Positions 12,780 to 25,639 of a stretch of DNA of 64,000 nt are shown here, in pieces; position 1 is the stretch's first letter; each line of letters opens with the position of its first letter. The notes under the pieces are model-generated. The model ran no database searches, was not told the origin of the DNA, and saw only the letters and a list, made by a program, of their open reading frames with translations. This DNA comes from Raillietiella orientalis (Eukaryota): the NCBI GenBank assembly GCA_036172245.1, contig JAYWIR010000005.1, positions 4,092,001 through 4,156,000 on the forward strand. Reading direction: 5' to 3'. The translations under genes were made by a program, and so were the position numbers.

Positions 12780-15700
12780 ACGATTTCGTTCTTTCCACCA
12801 AGTCTGTCGGAGATGCCTTCAGCCCAGCGTGCGGAACCCTTGCAGTGTTTCGCCAGCCCTCCCTTCCGAGGTTCGATTTCCGTGCACGGCAACATAATTT
12901 GCTTGGCATCATCCTCCAGCTTGCCAGCTTAGCAGCATGGACTGCTTGCTAAAGTCAGCATCCCATGATTCGAGTGGTGGATTCTTGTCCACGAGCCGTG
13001 GCACGAATGTATTACGCTGTGTTGAATCATGTGTTTGGCCACCGTTGCCACGTATGCTCGAATTCCGTGTGTGTGTGTGTGTTTTGTTTTCCTCCGTATT
13101 GATGATTTGAGTTGTTGGATTTTCATGTTGTTTCTTTCCAGAAACGCTAAGTGGCATGGTATGTGATAGGAGTTTAGATAAAGAGGAAGATAGGATCATA
13201 AAAGGTAAATCAGATATTTATAGAGCTCTGCAAAAGTTTCTCGTGATTGGTTGCATCTCGATGTACCCGTTGGCCTGTCCCGAGCTCGGGACACGTGTTG
13301 GGGGACGTGGAAAGTCACGAATGCTTTGTCTCTCTCGCTTTCGCTCCAGTGCAAAACCGGCGCGGTTACCGTCGTCATGCCGCCGGCGCGTTCTTCGCGT
13401 TTGTAACTTGGAAACACCAAAGCTGTAGGTTTCGTTCTAGAGGACACCTCCTTCTTGATAGGCCGTCTCTCGGCCGTTCTCGTCCCGCTCGACAAGCATG
13501 TGCTCGTTCCAGCCTTTCTGGTCCTTTCAGGCAACGTCGATTCATAAGCAAACAGCGGATCCGCAAGTCATAACGGTCCGACTTTTTACTGTTGCCTCAG
13601 AATCAGAAGAGAACGTTCGTGATCTTCGAGAAAGAAGAATGTGATCCCGGAGATGAGCCTCTTGGTTGTAGCGTCTTTCTTGCCTCTTGGCAGCTGCCAG
13701 AAACCGCCCTATATATCTCTCTGTAATGGATTACTTGATTGTCACTTCCTTTTCCGAGTCACTTTTTCTTGATCTCAGGTGACCTTGGGAGGGAGCGGGT
13801 GGAGATGGGGGGGGGGGGGGGGGGAGCTAAGGCAGCAACGTGTTGGTAGTTTCTTGCGATGCCGTGCCCAACAGTGGCTGGGGATGAGCAGGGAGGGGAG
13901 AGTGGTGTGTTCCCGCAGCCAGGCACGGAAACAACCAGATCAACACCAAGCTACACGAGAGTGTCCTTTGGGTTTGGTGTACTGCCGTAGGGAATCGGAT
14001 TCACAGCACAACCAAAAGCAGATCGTGCAATCCCGTCACCATAACCACTTAAAGGATGGCTTCATCTTGCATCGTTTCTTTTCCTTTACTCTCTCTCTCT
14101 CTCTCTGTCTCTCTCTCTGTTTTTTGAGTGCTCGTTTGGGGGGGGGGGGGGAAGAACTCATCGTCTTGAATGCTTGTTTGGGGGGGGGGGGGAAGACGGA
14201 GAAGAACCTATTGTTTTTGTTTCGGAAAATTCATCTGATGTAAACACCATTCGGACGCGACTCGTTCGCAGAGAGGATGTTAGAGGATCTTTCAAAAATT
14301 AATGCGCGCTTCCTGCCATTTCATCTGCGAAAATCTGAACGCGTTCACAGCGCACATACTCTCATGAGGATTCCGTTAATAATGTTCGCCGGTTTTCTTC
14401 TTCTTCTTCTGCCGCCCAAACACCGAAGCGAGCTGTGTTTTCGCAGGCACATTCGGGATGAGCAGGACTTTCGTTTCCTCCGGTTTTCCTCCGCTGTTAC
14501 TTGTGGAGCGACATGGATAGAAGGAGACGAGAGTTTCGCAGGAAGAGAAGAGTTGTGTGCCTCTGTCTCTCTCTCGCGCGCGCGTTTCTCCACCCTTCCC
14601 TCTCCCGTATCCCTTCCCCGGAGGAAGGAGAAGGGAGGGAGGGGGGGGGGGGAACCGGGATTAAAAAGTGAACTGCAGCGTCACGCTTGGAAACGAACGT
14701 TGGAGTGGGCTGCTTAAGAGTGCGCGCGCGGACACCGCCTCGTCGTCTTGGTAGCGAGAGCAACGCGTTCGGAAATGCATTCGGAAGTAAAAAAAAAAAA
14801 AAAAGTTTCCTTTTTTTTTTCCTCGCGTGTTTGCGCGAACGAATCTTCCAGGAGGAGGCACACACTGTTTTGTGTGTGTGGTTGTGGTCACGCGGAAACT
14901 GAATGGGAGAAAGGATAGCCTGGAGGCAGAACAAAATGCGTAGCCCCAGATTTATTTTTTTTTCCCCGTGCCATCCCTCGCAGAGGAGAGGCGATCACAT
15001 GCATAGCCGCAGCATCCCTCTTCTGGGCTCGTTCGGTGGAGTGCATCCTTCCGATTGGTCACCGCGCTCCGATCCGGGGCTGCTGCTGGCCGTCCTAGCG
15101 ACTTGTTGACTTCCTCAGTTGCGCCCATCTTCCTTCCACCGCGTGCTTCCGTACCTATTCCGCGACTCAACCTATTTCACTCATCCGTTCCGAAGGACGC
15201 TCGTGTGGGATGCTGTTGTTTTCGCTGTTTTGTTCTTTCTCATCCTCTCTCTCTCTCTTTTTCGTGCCTGCCCGTCTTTCATCCCTTCGTTTCTGCGCGC
15301 TGTGTGACTTCTCGGCTGGCATCGCTGCCAACCCCGTTCCTCCTCCGTCCTCGGTTCGGATTCCCGGTTTGGAAAGTGCACAAAGAAAATGCGCTCGTTC
15401 GGCTCCACAATGTGTGTCTAATGCGAATCCAGCCGAACGTCTCCGCAATGATTCTTAGATACCCGTATTTTGAAAGTTATTTGCGGTTGGCTTAGACGAA
15501 CCCATTAGGAAGAGGACACGGAGCGACTGCTGTCATCCGTCTTGTTCGCTGTCATCCGCCTTTCCGTGCTCTCCTTGATTTGATTCTTGTTTTATTATTC
15601 GAGATCTTACTCTCGTTGGGAGCAAAGGATACCTCCCTAAGATAACGCATTCCCTCGTACTGATTTGAGTAAATGATAGGTAATCCTGAAATCCCGTTTG

Positions 15701-15879
15701 TATCTCTTGAAAGATTTGTCCCGAAAATAGGAAGGGGAAAAACCCCGGAGTGGAGGGAGCGATCGTTTCGCATGATTCGCGCCATTTGTGCACGTTTTCC
15801 TTTCGGGATGTGCCATTCCTCGCCATTAAAGGTTCCCGCTCAGCGGTATTGGAATTCTCAAGTCGGCATTTTCCTGTGC

Positions 15880-16544
15880 GTCTCGAAAGGAAAGGAGCGG
15901 GCGGGATTAGCGAGCTTCGCTCCCTGGGTTTCGCAGGGGAGCAGATGGGACGCGCGCGCCCTCGTGCGCGGGGCGGTCATCTTCGCTCGCGCAGCCACAA
16001 GGGGTGCGCGCGGAGTCGAAGCGGAAGGCAGAAGAGGGGACTCGCACGTGGTTGTCGAGCGCGCGCGCGACGGCCGCGTGCGGGTCTCTCTCTCGTGGTT
16101 TACCCGCCCGTGGGCTCTCTCGCGTCCGTGCCCCGGCAACCGTCGGGAGATAGCACGCTCTTCAGGGAGGAGGAATCCTTCCTGTCTGTGAGACGGCGGC
16201 GGCGACGACGATGGCAGCAGGACGCGTTGCTTGGGCAGGGTTCCCGGGTGCCGTGCGGCTTGTAGGTGCACGGAGAGCGCCGCCGTGGTGCGTGAGGCGA
16301 AGAGTACGAGGCGGCGCCTCGCACCGTGACGTCACCAGCTCGGGCTGGGAGTGCTGCCGACGTCGCTTTTCGGAACAGGAGGGGAAAAAAGCGCACCCCC
16401 CACCCGCAAAACGCGCCCTTCCGCAGTCGGCGGGAGTTGCCTTCCCTTCCTTCCTCTTCCGCACGCTCCCGTTCCTGCCCTCTTCCGCGCGCAATCCATC
16501 GGAGCTCACGCCGCGTTCCGCCGCCATCCAGGGCCACGACGTGG

Positions 16545-16613
<69 letters not shown>

Positions 16614-16720
16614 GGAGCGGTTTGCTGCTGCTGCTGCTGTCCTCCTCCTCCTCTCCCGCAATCCGCTCACTAAGCAGATGCGGCGCGTGATTACCTCCGA
16701 GCGCAACTTGCGTATCGATC
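15880..16720. promoter_or_regulatory. CpG-island-like segment within the large NFI intron (candidate internal promoter or enhancer)
   Basis: Dense CGCG runs against more AT-rich flanks. Contains E-box CACGTG 16045-16050, CRE palindrome GTGACGTCAC 16326-16335, a (CT)n GAGA-type tract, and DRE-like TATCGAT 16713-16719. Confidence 0.4.
16546..16609. repeat. Compound (CT)n(TG)n microsatellite
   Basis: About 15 CT units followed by 16 TG units. Confidence 0.95.
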
Positions 16721-17112
16721 ATCCCGTTAATGGCCGAGCCGATCTACCGGGTCCGCAAAACCGGTGTCAGCGTATTACCGTCCGATTTGTGCTGCTAATT
16801 ACTCCCAGCAGATACATAAATTTTTCACCTTTCTGGCATTTATCTCCCTTGCCGAGATGCCGAAACAGCAATGAGGTAATATCTGTACACAGAATACGTA
16901 TAAAGGAAAAGTCCGGTTTCATTGTAGATGAAGACCAATGGAAGACGACGATTAATGTTCTTTTATGGGAAGCAAAACGCAAGCTGATAAAAGCGTTTGA
17001 GGAATTGAACCATAAAGAGGATTGGCGCACTTAAGAGGTGGAGGGGTAGGACATTATTACGTTTTCTCCGTGTATTTTCTCTTCTTCCCTCCTTCCATTT
17101 TTTTTTCTTTCT

Positions 17113-17147
<35 letters not shown>

Positions 17148-20100
17148 TGCTTCCATCATGGTTCCTTAAGTGCATTTTTTGTATGTCGTAGCTCTTGGCT
17201 TGCATAAGTCAAATGGTTCGCTTGGTTGGTTCCTGTTTCCTGTGTCATTACGCGTGTCATTATCATTTTTGTTTCGGCTGTTGCTATGTCGTACTTTCGT
17301 TTTGTTTAAGTTCTAAAGAACGAAACATCTTACTTCTCTATTGCATGGTGTGCCATTCATCATCGCTGGCATGATGTTGCGCAAGAAATGGAAAGATTTC
17401 ATTCATCTTGGAGGGGAGGGGGAGTCGGCCTCGGAGGATTTGGAGTTGGATTTTGAGGCGGACATGCCAAGCGAAACTTTCAGCAGTGTGTGCTTCATCT
17501 CCATGGTGCTTTGTCCCTGAAGTCTGTGCTCCTTGAGGACCCGAAGCTCTCTGGTGACTGCTTTGCTACTTTCCCTTTTTTCGATTCCAGTGGACTCCGG
17601 GTCGAGATCCCTCGCGAGTTTCGCTCACGAACGCGCTCTGGGGCGAAAAGAATCCACGCATCGGAGTGGCAAACCGGCTCCTTCGTCCTGATGCTCCGAT
17701 TTCGGCTCCGCTGGTCCAACCGACCAGCGGGGCGGAGGAGGGAAGCCCCCCTCACGTTTTCATTCGTTCGGATCCCCCCTTTAAGGACAAATCAACGGAA
17801 AGATGCAGAATTGCTAGGAAGAAGCCCCGCTGACCGGATACCAACCGTTCCTTTAGTTCATGCACTTTTTCCCTACGTGGGTTTCCCGCCCGTGGTCATG
17901 TCGTCGACATGGAAACCACGTTCGGATTCATCCTCGCCTCAAAAGTGCCCTTTGGAAGTCTATTAGAAACCCGTCCCGCTGTTGAGCTGGGTGTTCATGC
18001 TGTTTTGGATATTCCACACGCAATCTTTTCAGATAGAATGCATAGAACTTGCCATTCTTGGTGTTCTTGGAATGCACAGCCAGTCCTAACCGGTTCACCG
18101 GCGTCCGCTTTTTCCCTTAGCATTTTTCACGATGCAACTCTTTACCACCGCTACTACTTGTGGTTCCTCAGTGATCTTTCTTATTGCACCGCAGATTCTT
18201 TTTCATCCCCGAACCTCCCGTAATCTCCCGGCACTTCTTGCTCTTACTGTGTCCCTGTTCCCTCCCCTTCATGCACCGTGAACAGACTCGTGGACTACAC
18301 TCTGGTTTCCGATGCCCTCGTGCTTTGTTCGTGATTGCCATTATCCAAGCTGCCACTTTGATTTGGATTCCTTCGTTTGTTTGTTTTCCATTGTTGTTGT
18401 TGTTGTTGTTGTTGTTTTCAAAGAAAAAGAGTCTGCCGGCTGTCTGGCTGTCCCGCGTAGAGATTTGCATCCTGGTCCAAAGAAACGGTTTGGAGTGCAG
18501 AAGCAGGCGGGTCTGCGACACCGCGTGGAAACACCGTCCCTGCGACTTTCTTCGACAGCAGCACAAGAGTCCCCCCTCCTTCCTCGAGTTTCGCTCTTTC
18601 CTGTGGCATGTGATGTTGTAACTCGCATGATTCCCCCCTCCCCTTTTTTTTTCTTGCTTTCTAAGATGGTTCGCTTTTTGCACAGTTTCGTCATCGTTCC
18701 CTTTACGTGTGATTTTTGCATCGCATGCCTGTTCAAAGCTCGTGATTAAATAGATTTCACTCTGAGCGCATTTACAATGTGTATCCAAAAATCTCCGGAA
18801 ATGACAGACTAATGCAGTGGCATCCTTGTGTGTTAGAGAAGATGGTGGAAGTGCATTTCTCCGCCGGCGCTGATCGATGGTCACTTTTTCCCGTGTGGCT
18901 CCGTCCTGCGTTCGCAACTTTTTCCTTCTGCCAACACACTGATTACATGCAGTACCATTAGCAGTTCACATGGAGGATTTTTGTTGCATCCGAGACAGAT
19001 CCTTCCCTTCTCTCGCACACGTTCTGTTTCTTCCTTCGGTCCGGGAAACGAATCGGCACTGTACCATGGAAACCGCACTTAATACTCCTTTGAGATTCTA
19101 AACGGCATCTGGATGTGCTTCGCAGCTCCTCAGCGTTTTGTTTTGTTCCCCTCGAAGTATTTTCACCGCTGTCATTTTAACATGTTCGTAACGGTCGAGA
19201 TTCTAACAGGATAGCATTTCTGTGCTTGCAGAACGTCCGTTAACAAAAACACGTTAACCTCCCGTGAATTATATCTGCACTAATGGCAGCTTCCGCATTG
19301 TGGAAAGTGGTACCTGGAATTACTCTCGTTGGAACGCGAGCTCCAGAGTTGCCTCTCCGTGAAAGAACGAACCTTCCATCAGCCACGAGTGCTTTCAGCG
19401 CTTCCAGTTTATTGCCTGAATATTCTTCTTCTGCCACCCTTGACACCACCTCGGATGGATTCCACATGTCGTGCTTGTCCACCCGTGAACCGTGGGGGGG
19501 AAGGGCGGGTGGGGGGGACACCACGCAGATTGGCGCTGCAGTCATGTTGACGGTATGTTTTTCTCTTTGGGCCTAAATCGGATGCGATGTAATGATGTTG
19601 TTTTCCATTATTTTTAGATGATTCTAGGGGAGTGGATAAGATTTCCCGGATACTTTTGGATGCATCTTTGTAATTCTAATAACCATCAATTAATTTGGAA
19701 ATGAATACTTGCATATGCATATGTATGTTCTGAATTGGCTTAATGATTTTTGAACTGTTGTTTTCAATGATGGATGTAGCTTTCAGTATACGTGCGAAAG
19801 CAGTTTGGAATTTTTTCTGCATCCAGATCTTCTATACATGCAAAAATGAAAATTATTCATTGCAAATGCATAAAAAGAATTGTACAGTTAGATTTCAGTC
19901 AGTCTCTAGAATGTGATTCAACTTAGTTTGCACAATATGTATAGTAGCATCAAGCAGTAGAGTAATGGATTGTGCATTTAAAAAATGTTTGCCAGCTCAA
20001 AGTCATTCACTCAGCACAAAGATGCTTGCGAGTTTTGATTCAGACCTTATTATGTTCCTTTACGAGAATTATCCTCCGATAATGCATCCAATTGACTGAT

Positions 20101-20288
20101 TTGATGTTTCTTGCATTTTTACATGTTATCTGCATTTTTTTCGTATGTGCCAATTCATGCCTCAATAAATTTTGCCATTTTATTGCTGTATTTGTTAACT
20201 GAATTGTCTTCCTTTATTTTAAATATTTTATTGTATGATTATGCTGCATTGGAATTGAATATTTACTGTGGGGCTGTTTCTTTCCAAG

Positions 20289-20441
20289 GTCTTTCGCTAT
20301 TTCCTCCTTCATATGCTGGAGACTTTTACGCTCTTCCAGGTCCTCATCATAGCAATCCATATTGTGGTATTAACGATTATACTGATACTATCCGACCTAC
20401 AGGAGTGTTTACTTCTATGGAGCTATGGAGGTTGTCGAAAG
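20289..20441 (+). CDS. NFI: Nuclear factor I exon (alternative in-frame acceptor at 20340)
   Basis: Encodes (G)LSLFPPSYAGDFYALPGPHHSNPYCGINDYTDTIRPTGVFTSMELWRLSK. TGVFxxxELxRxS matches the conserved NFI post-DBD motif (vertebrate GVFSVTELVRVS). Phase 1-1, donor g|gtaatg. The 5' boundary is uncertain, and I cannot exclude a missed exon in 7988-20288. Confidence 0.85.
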
Positions 20442-20455
20442 GTAATGCATATACA

Positions 20456-20456
<1 letters not shown>

Positions 20457-20518
<62 letters not shown>
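20457..20518. repeat. (TG)31 microsatellite beginning at intron position +16
   Basis: Perfect TG dinucleotide run immediately downstream of the NFI donor at 20442. Confidence 0.95.
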
Positions 20519-20521
<3 letters not shown>

Positions 20522-23500
20522 TTCCACGAATGACGTTCTGCAAGACCCTCCTTTTTGTTTGCTTTCGCAAAACGGTGGTTTCACATATGCTGGGTGCACA
20601 TTTAAGGTCATTTCGATTCTTCGTGCACAGACAAGCACACACGCACACTTGCGCGCGTTCACACCAGACAGAGCGGTCAGGTACGTCTCAACCTCGGTTT
20701 GTTGGGATGCTGGCCAAAGCCCGTCTCCCGATATTCCTGCGGGAAGATGCAGTTGGGATTTCGGTTCACTCTGTGGATTTCCCGTTTTGGCCGATATCTG
20801 GTCACGCTTCACCGTGCAAGCAACCGTGTTCTCATCCCAAAGTTCGAAGGAGTCGTTCCGAAATCCAGAAAAACGAGGCGGCCCTCGGAAGCAGCTCTTG
20901 CATAAAGCTGCTGTTGCATGCTTGCCGGGACGTCTAGCGCGCCCACGGAATGCAGAACGAAAATTTCGTCTGCAAAAATGTGCGCCCAACGACGGCAAAG
21001 GCAATTCTGCGTACAGCTGAGAGCAAGAAGCAACACTTCCCAGTGAGAGGATGCTTTGGTTCCAGAGTGCTCTTAAGGTCATTTCGTTACGTGTGATGGC
21101 ATGGCGTGACTCCTAAACTATTCGAAAATAAAAGCGTTCTGGTATCAACTCACGAGTCCGTCTTTGGTGTTCATGGCCATCTGGTGTCCGCTCGCACGTT
21201 TCGAAGTGTTGTTCCGAATTTCAATTTGACGAATTTCAGGAGAGGCGCGGAGACGAAACTTTTCGGAAGAGTTCTCAAGCTGAAGACCTTTCGGCATTTC
21301 GCGGTGCTCGCGCCAAGCCGCCTGCAGTCGATCCGCATCCGAAAGCAACCCACAAGCTTGCCTTTCTCCGTTTCGTGTTTAACAAGCTTTTGGTCCACCA
21401 CTTCGCTCTTGGACCGCAGTGGCTGGCTGGTGTTCCGTTTGCATGCATGTCCGGTCTGAGAACGAATTTGGAAATCGAAATCAAGATGGTTCCCTGCTTA
21501 TGACCATGGCAACGCTGACTTCGTACCCTGTTCGCTCCTGGCTGTATGATGAAAGACGTAACTTGCGTTCATCGAAATCTGCCTCGTGTTCTTTCAACGA
21601 GGCGGATCTGGCGATGGACCTCCGTTTCTTCCGGGCTCGCGAGGTGTGTCCATGGAGGAGTTCTCGAGTCTTCGTTAAATGCCATGTGCTTGTCACCCGG
21701 CGTCGATGCAGTGGATTCGGAACACATGTTTCGTTAGTGAACAGAGTTTGCCGTATTGCCAAAGCAAAACAGCAGCCTTAACAACTTAAGCAACGTAAAT
21801 TCGATAGCAGACTCCGGAAAGTTTTATATTTTCAGATTATTCTTTCTGTCGTTTTGTCTGCGACGCATAAACTTCCCATGGATGTGCAAGAGAGTCGATG
21901 AAAACTTTCAGTTCCTTTGCACTTTGCGCTTGTTTTGTGATCAAAGGTGTTTTCAGGATAAACAAATCCTTTTGAAATTAAATCAGGGAGTTCTGGAAAG
22001 AATGCAGATAAATGCAACGTCAGTTTGCTAAGTAAGGTTGCGAACCAAAGTTTGCTTGAGAAATGCTTTGTGAAAGATACGTGACCTCCGGGTAACATGG
22101 TAGTGACCGTCCTGCGTCAAAGTCCATCGGATTAAATCATCAGCCTGCCTGTGGAAATTGGGCAGAGCTGGGTTTTTTTGTCTTGCAATTCGAGTTCGTC
22201 AAAACACCGAAGACAAATAAGGACGGCAGCGCATCGTGATGCTGACAGACGGTGCTGAGCACATTTTATCCGCGCATCTCAGCGTCGAAACGTGCAGTGC
22301 TGCGCAGAGCGCGGAGTTCGGATTTCCGGAATCATTCGCAGGAAGGATCTCGCAAATCAGTCGGTCATCCTAATCCGACCAAACTTTCGACACGAGACGC
22401 GTCCGGAATAACTGTTTCATTAAAAAAAAAAACGTAAGGAAGTGCGAAATGTTAATCAGGGTGGCTTATAATTATTATATAACTGCTTGAAATGAAAATT
22501 ATTTTCTAGTTAATAAAGTCTTCTTTGCGCACTAGCAACGAGTATCACCATGAGGACGGGTTTCTGCTGTCTTACGGGCGTGTCTTTCGTGTTCCGCACG
22601 GTCCCGGGACTCCGTTGTAAACTCTCTGTTGTCAAATTTATCGGTGGATGAGGAATCATTGCAAGACTGCCGTGGACTTTCGGGGGCTCCATCGGGTCGG
22701 CCGCCACCTTCCTCCACCTTGGAGAGTGCATGTCAGTGTGTCCACATGTGTGCGTGTCTCGATGGACTGATCCAGTGCAAAGCATCGAATCTTTCTCGTA
22801 CTTCATGCTTTCATATCACCCATGTGATTCAAGTGTGTGAATTTTCAAGGTGTGTGCGTGTTCAGCGAATTGCACTTCTCCGTTCTAGGGTTTTCTTACT
22901 CTGTGACACTTGACACGCTTCACCTGGGCATTTTAACGAATGGTTTTCGCATTTCTTGAATTTAAATTCTAGAAGGGTTGGGGGCAGCTTCTTTCTTAAT
23001 CGTTCCTTGGCTTGTGTTTGGATCGGCTGCGCAGCATATTTTCTGTCTTCCCTTTCTTGGATTTCCGTTTCGTTGGCTAAGAGGCACATTGGATGGCGCT
23101 TTCGCCTGCCATTCATCTCGCTTTGAAAATTTCCAATCCGTCGAAAACGTCTCCTGTGAAGATGCTGGCCTTCCCTATTCTTCTTTCTCGCTGTACTTGG
23201 ATCGCCAGTGAAAACTTCGCGCTTATCGAAAACGCTTTCTTCCCTGACCCACATCGCTCTGTGGTGACCACTTTTCAATCAGTGCCGATCTCTCTTCTTG
23301 CGGATTCATCCCGCTATTTGGTCTCGGCGTTCGGTACGACCCACCTCGCACTGGCGCGGCAGTGGTGACGAAACGGATGATTAGAGCGGAGACGGTCAGC
23401 TGACCTCTCTTCCTCGTGATCCGCCTCCCCTCTCATCTTCCTCTTTCCTCTCCGCTCGTTTCCTTCCAAACTCGCTGCTGGTTCCTTTGAGCTCGAGGAA

Positions 23501-25201
23501 ACAGGATGCTCTGACTGACAGTTTCTTCTCTCTTCTTCCGCTCAACGTATGAAAATCTCCGTGACGTTGCATCCATTTCTGGATAACGTCCGAAATGTTC
23601 TTCGGTTCCTGTTTTCCATGCTTTTATGTGCAGAGCATCCCCTGCGTGCGGTTTGTGGTTTTCCCGTCTTGCTCTGAGCAGCATCTTCGCTTTTCCCTCA
23701 TGCCGATGAGAGTCCTGTCAAATGGGAAGTGTTTTTTTTTTTTTTTTTTTTTGTTTGTGTGCGTTTCATTCCCTAAAGATGCGGCTCAAAGCCTATTGAG
23801 CAGCGCGTACAGATCTCGCGAAATACGGGCATGCGCGTACCACTTTCGTTGCTCGTTGAGAACACTGCAAATTGGAAAATTAGTTTCTGCGATTATTTTC
23901 TAGCAGTCCTTATTTCTGGAAGCTTCGGACTTCGTGATCTCATCTTTGTGAATCTCGATGGAGCACTACCCAGAACTGACTTGCCGTTGTCTGTATCTTC
24001 TTTTGTCCACTTCGTTGCTCTGGTTTTTGTTTCTTTTTTTTTTTTTTTTTTGTGACCGATGTGACACTCGGACGATGCTGCCTCTTATCGTTGTTGGATG
24101 TCTTGTGATGAGTTGCGATTTTTTTTTCCCTACCACTCCATCTTCATTTCCGCGTCTACCACGTGGAAGTTATAGCCGCATATCTTTCCACGTATGGGTC
24201 CTGCAATACTTATCTGCTACCAAAGCAATTGGCCTTTCAGAATTTCTCGTGCTCTCTCGGTAGGAATTTGTTCCTCTCTCCTGTTTCACGTTAGCGCTTT
24301 TACATCCCGCTTTCTGGATTCGTTTGCTCTTTCGTGTTGAGATTTTCTGGTTCGCAACCCTACTGGTAGTCGTTTTCTTTGTTTGTCATATTCTAACATG
24401 GATAAATATAGATAAGTGGAGTATATGTATTTTTTTCCCTCCACGTGTGCTCTCTGCTTTCGACGGGACGGCATCAGCTAATCGTCTTGGAAAAGATGAA
24501 TTCGACAACCACCTATGAGCTCATTGAATTCATTGGGCGTACTCATCGCTGCCAATAAGAAATGGTTCTTCCGTCACTCATAAAGTTGACTGCTAATGAA
24601 ATTTATAACATCAGCTGCAAATTTCTCCTTTTACATGTTATTGTAAAGCAGAACTCTTCTACTGTTCACTCTGAAACAGACCCATTTTGACCGGGACAGC
24701 GTTGGGACGATGGCTGAAGCTAGGGAGCTCCCCATTGTGCATGGGTCTCCGGGAACTTTCGATCCCTTTCGGTTGTCCATCGGGTTATTTAAGGGTCTTC
24801 GATGTGCCAATTTCTTTTCCCTTCAAACCTATTCGCGTTCGTTCCCACAAAAATTCCGTGCCGATAGGCCAAGTCTGCGCCTTCTTGACTGGTGCTGGTC
24901 CGACTGGAATGTCCGAGGTGGCACTCGTTTTGCCTTTCAAGCCGCGCTCCTCCAAGTGGTGCATCTCCCGCGTTCCGGCTCCCCATCGCAAGACCATTCG
25001 AAATCCTTCGAGGTACAGATTTCGAAAACTTTGACTCGGTCGGATTTTATCTCGAGGGCAGGAGAACGAGTTGAATTACACTGCCGATCGGTGTTCTTTC
25101 TCGAGGTCCGAGTTTCCTCGCTTGTCTTGCAGTGAGTTTTTTGGCTGATGTCTGTGCTCCTCTGCCTTGACGTTCTCTGTACTGACGGCCCATCGTTTCA
25201 G

Positions 25202-25333
25202 CATCTATTATGCAAAATCCAAATGGTATAGCGTCCACAATCAATCCAGTCAAATTGGAATCTTCTGGATATTACTGCAACAATTATACCCCACCTGACC
25301 ATACCATCATGTCCTCTAGTGGGGGCGCCTATA
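25202..25333 (+). CDS. NFI: Nuclear factor I exon
   Basis: Encodes (A)SIMQNPNGIASTINPVKLESSGYYCNNYTPPDHTIMSSSGGAY. Acceptor gtttcag|, donor a|gtgagt, phase 1-1. Contains VKLE, a psi-K-x-E SUMO-type consensus. Confidence 0.85.
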
Positions 25334-25426
25334 GTGAGTTTGCGATTTCGAGTTTTTTTTTTTTTCATTTTATTTTATACGTGGCATTTTTCTTTGAACA
25401 GTTGATTAAGATGCTTGTACGTGTAG

Positions 25427-25639
25427 GTCCACTGAGTTTGCCAAGGACTCCGCACAGTCCCGTTGAATCCCGGTTTAAGCGGATGAGACGGCTGAGTTCA
25501 TCTGAAGACGACATCGACGACAGCGTGATGCTGTCGGCCAGAGGGAAAGGAGCCGATTTGAATTATTTTGGCCAGAACACAGTAACACTGAGTAGTCAGC
25601 CGGCAGCTTGGCATACTGATGTAGACCATGCATCCTTAG
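25427..25639 (+). CDS. NFI: Nuclear factor I exon
   Basis: Encodes (S)PLSLPRTPHSPVESRFKRMRRLSSSEDDIDDSVMLSARGKGADLNYFGQNTVTLSSQPAAWHTDVDHASL, resembling the NFI 'KR..S.EDEMDS...SQ...WHEVE' segment. Acceptor gtgtag|, donor g|gtgtgt, phase 1-1. Confidence 0.85.

Noticed and set aside
13687..13700. TTGGC-AGCT-GCCAG as an autoregulatory NFI binding site
   Set aside because: The spacer is 4 nt, while the NFI consensus TTGGC-N5-GCCAA needs 5. I saw no perfect site.
19240..19576. Protein-looking ORFs on both strands and a GTATGT donor as an extra NFI exon
   Set aside because: The donor phase does not fit the open frame, there is no good acceptor, and I recognise no homology.
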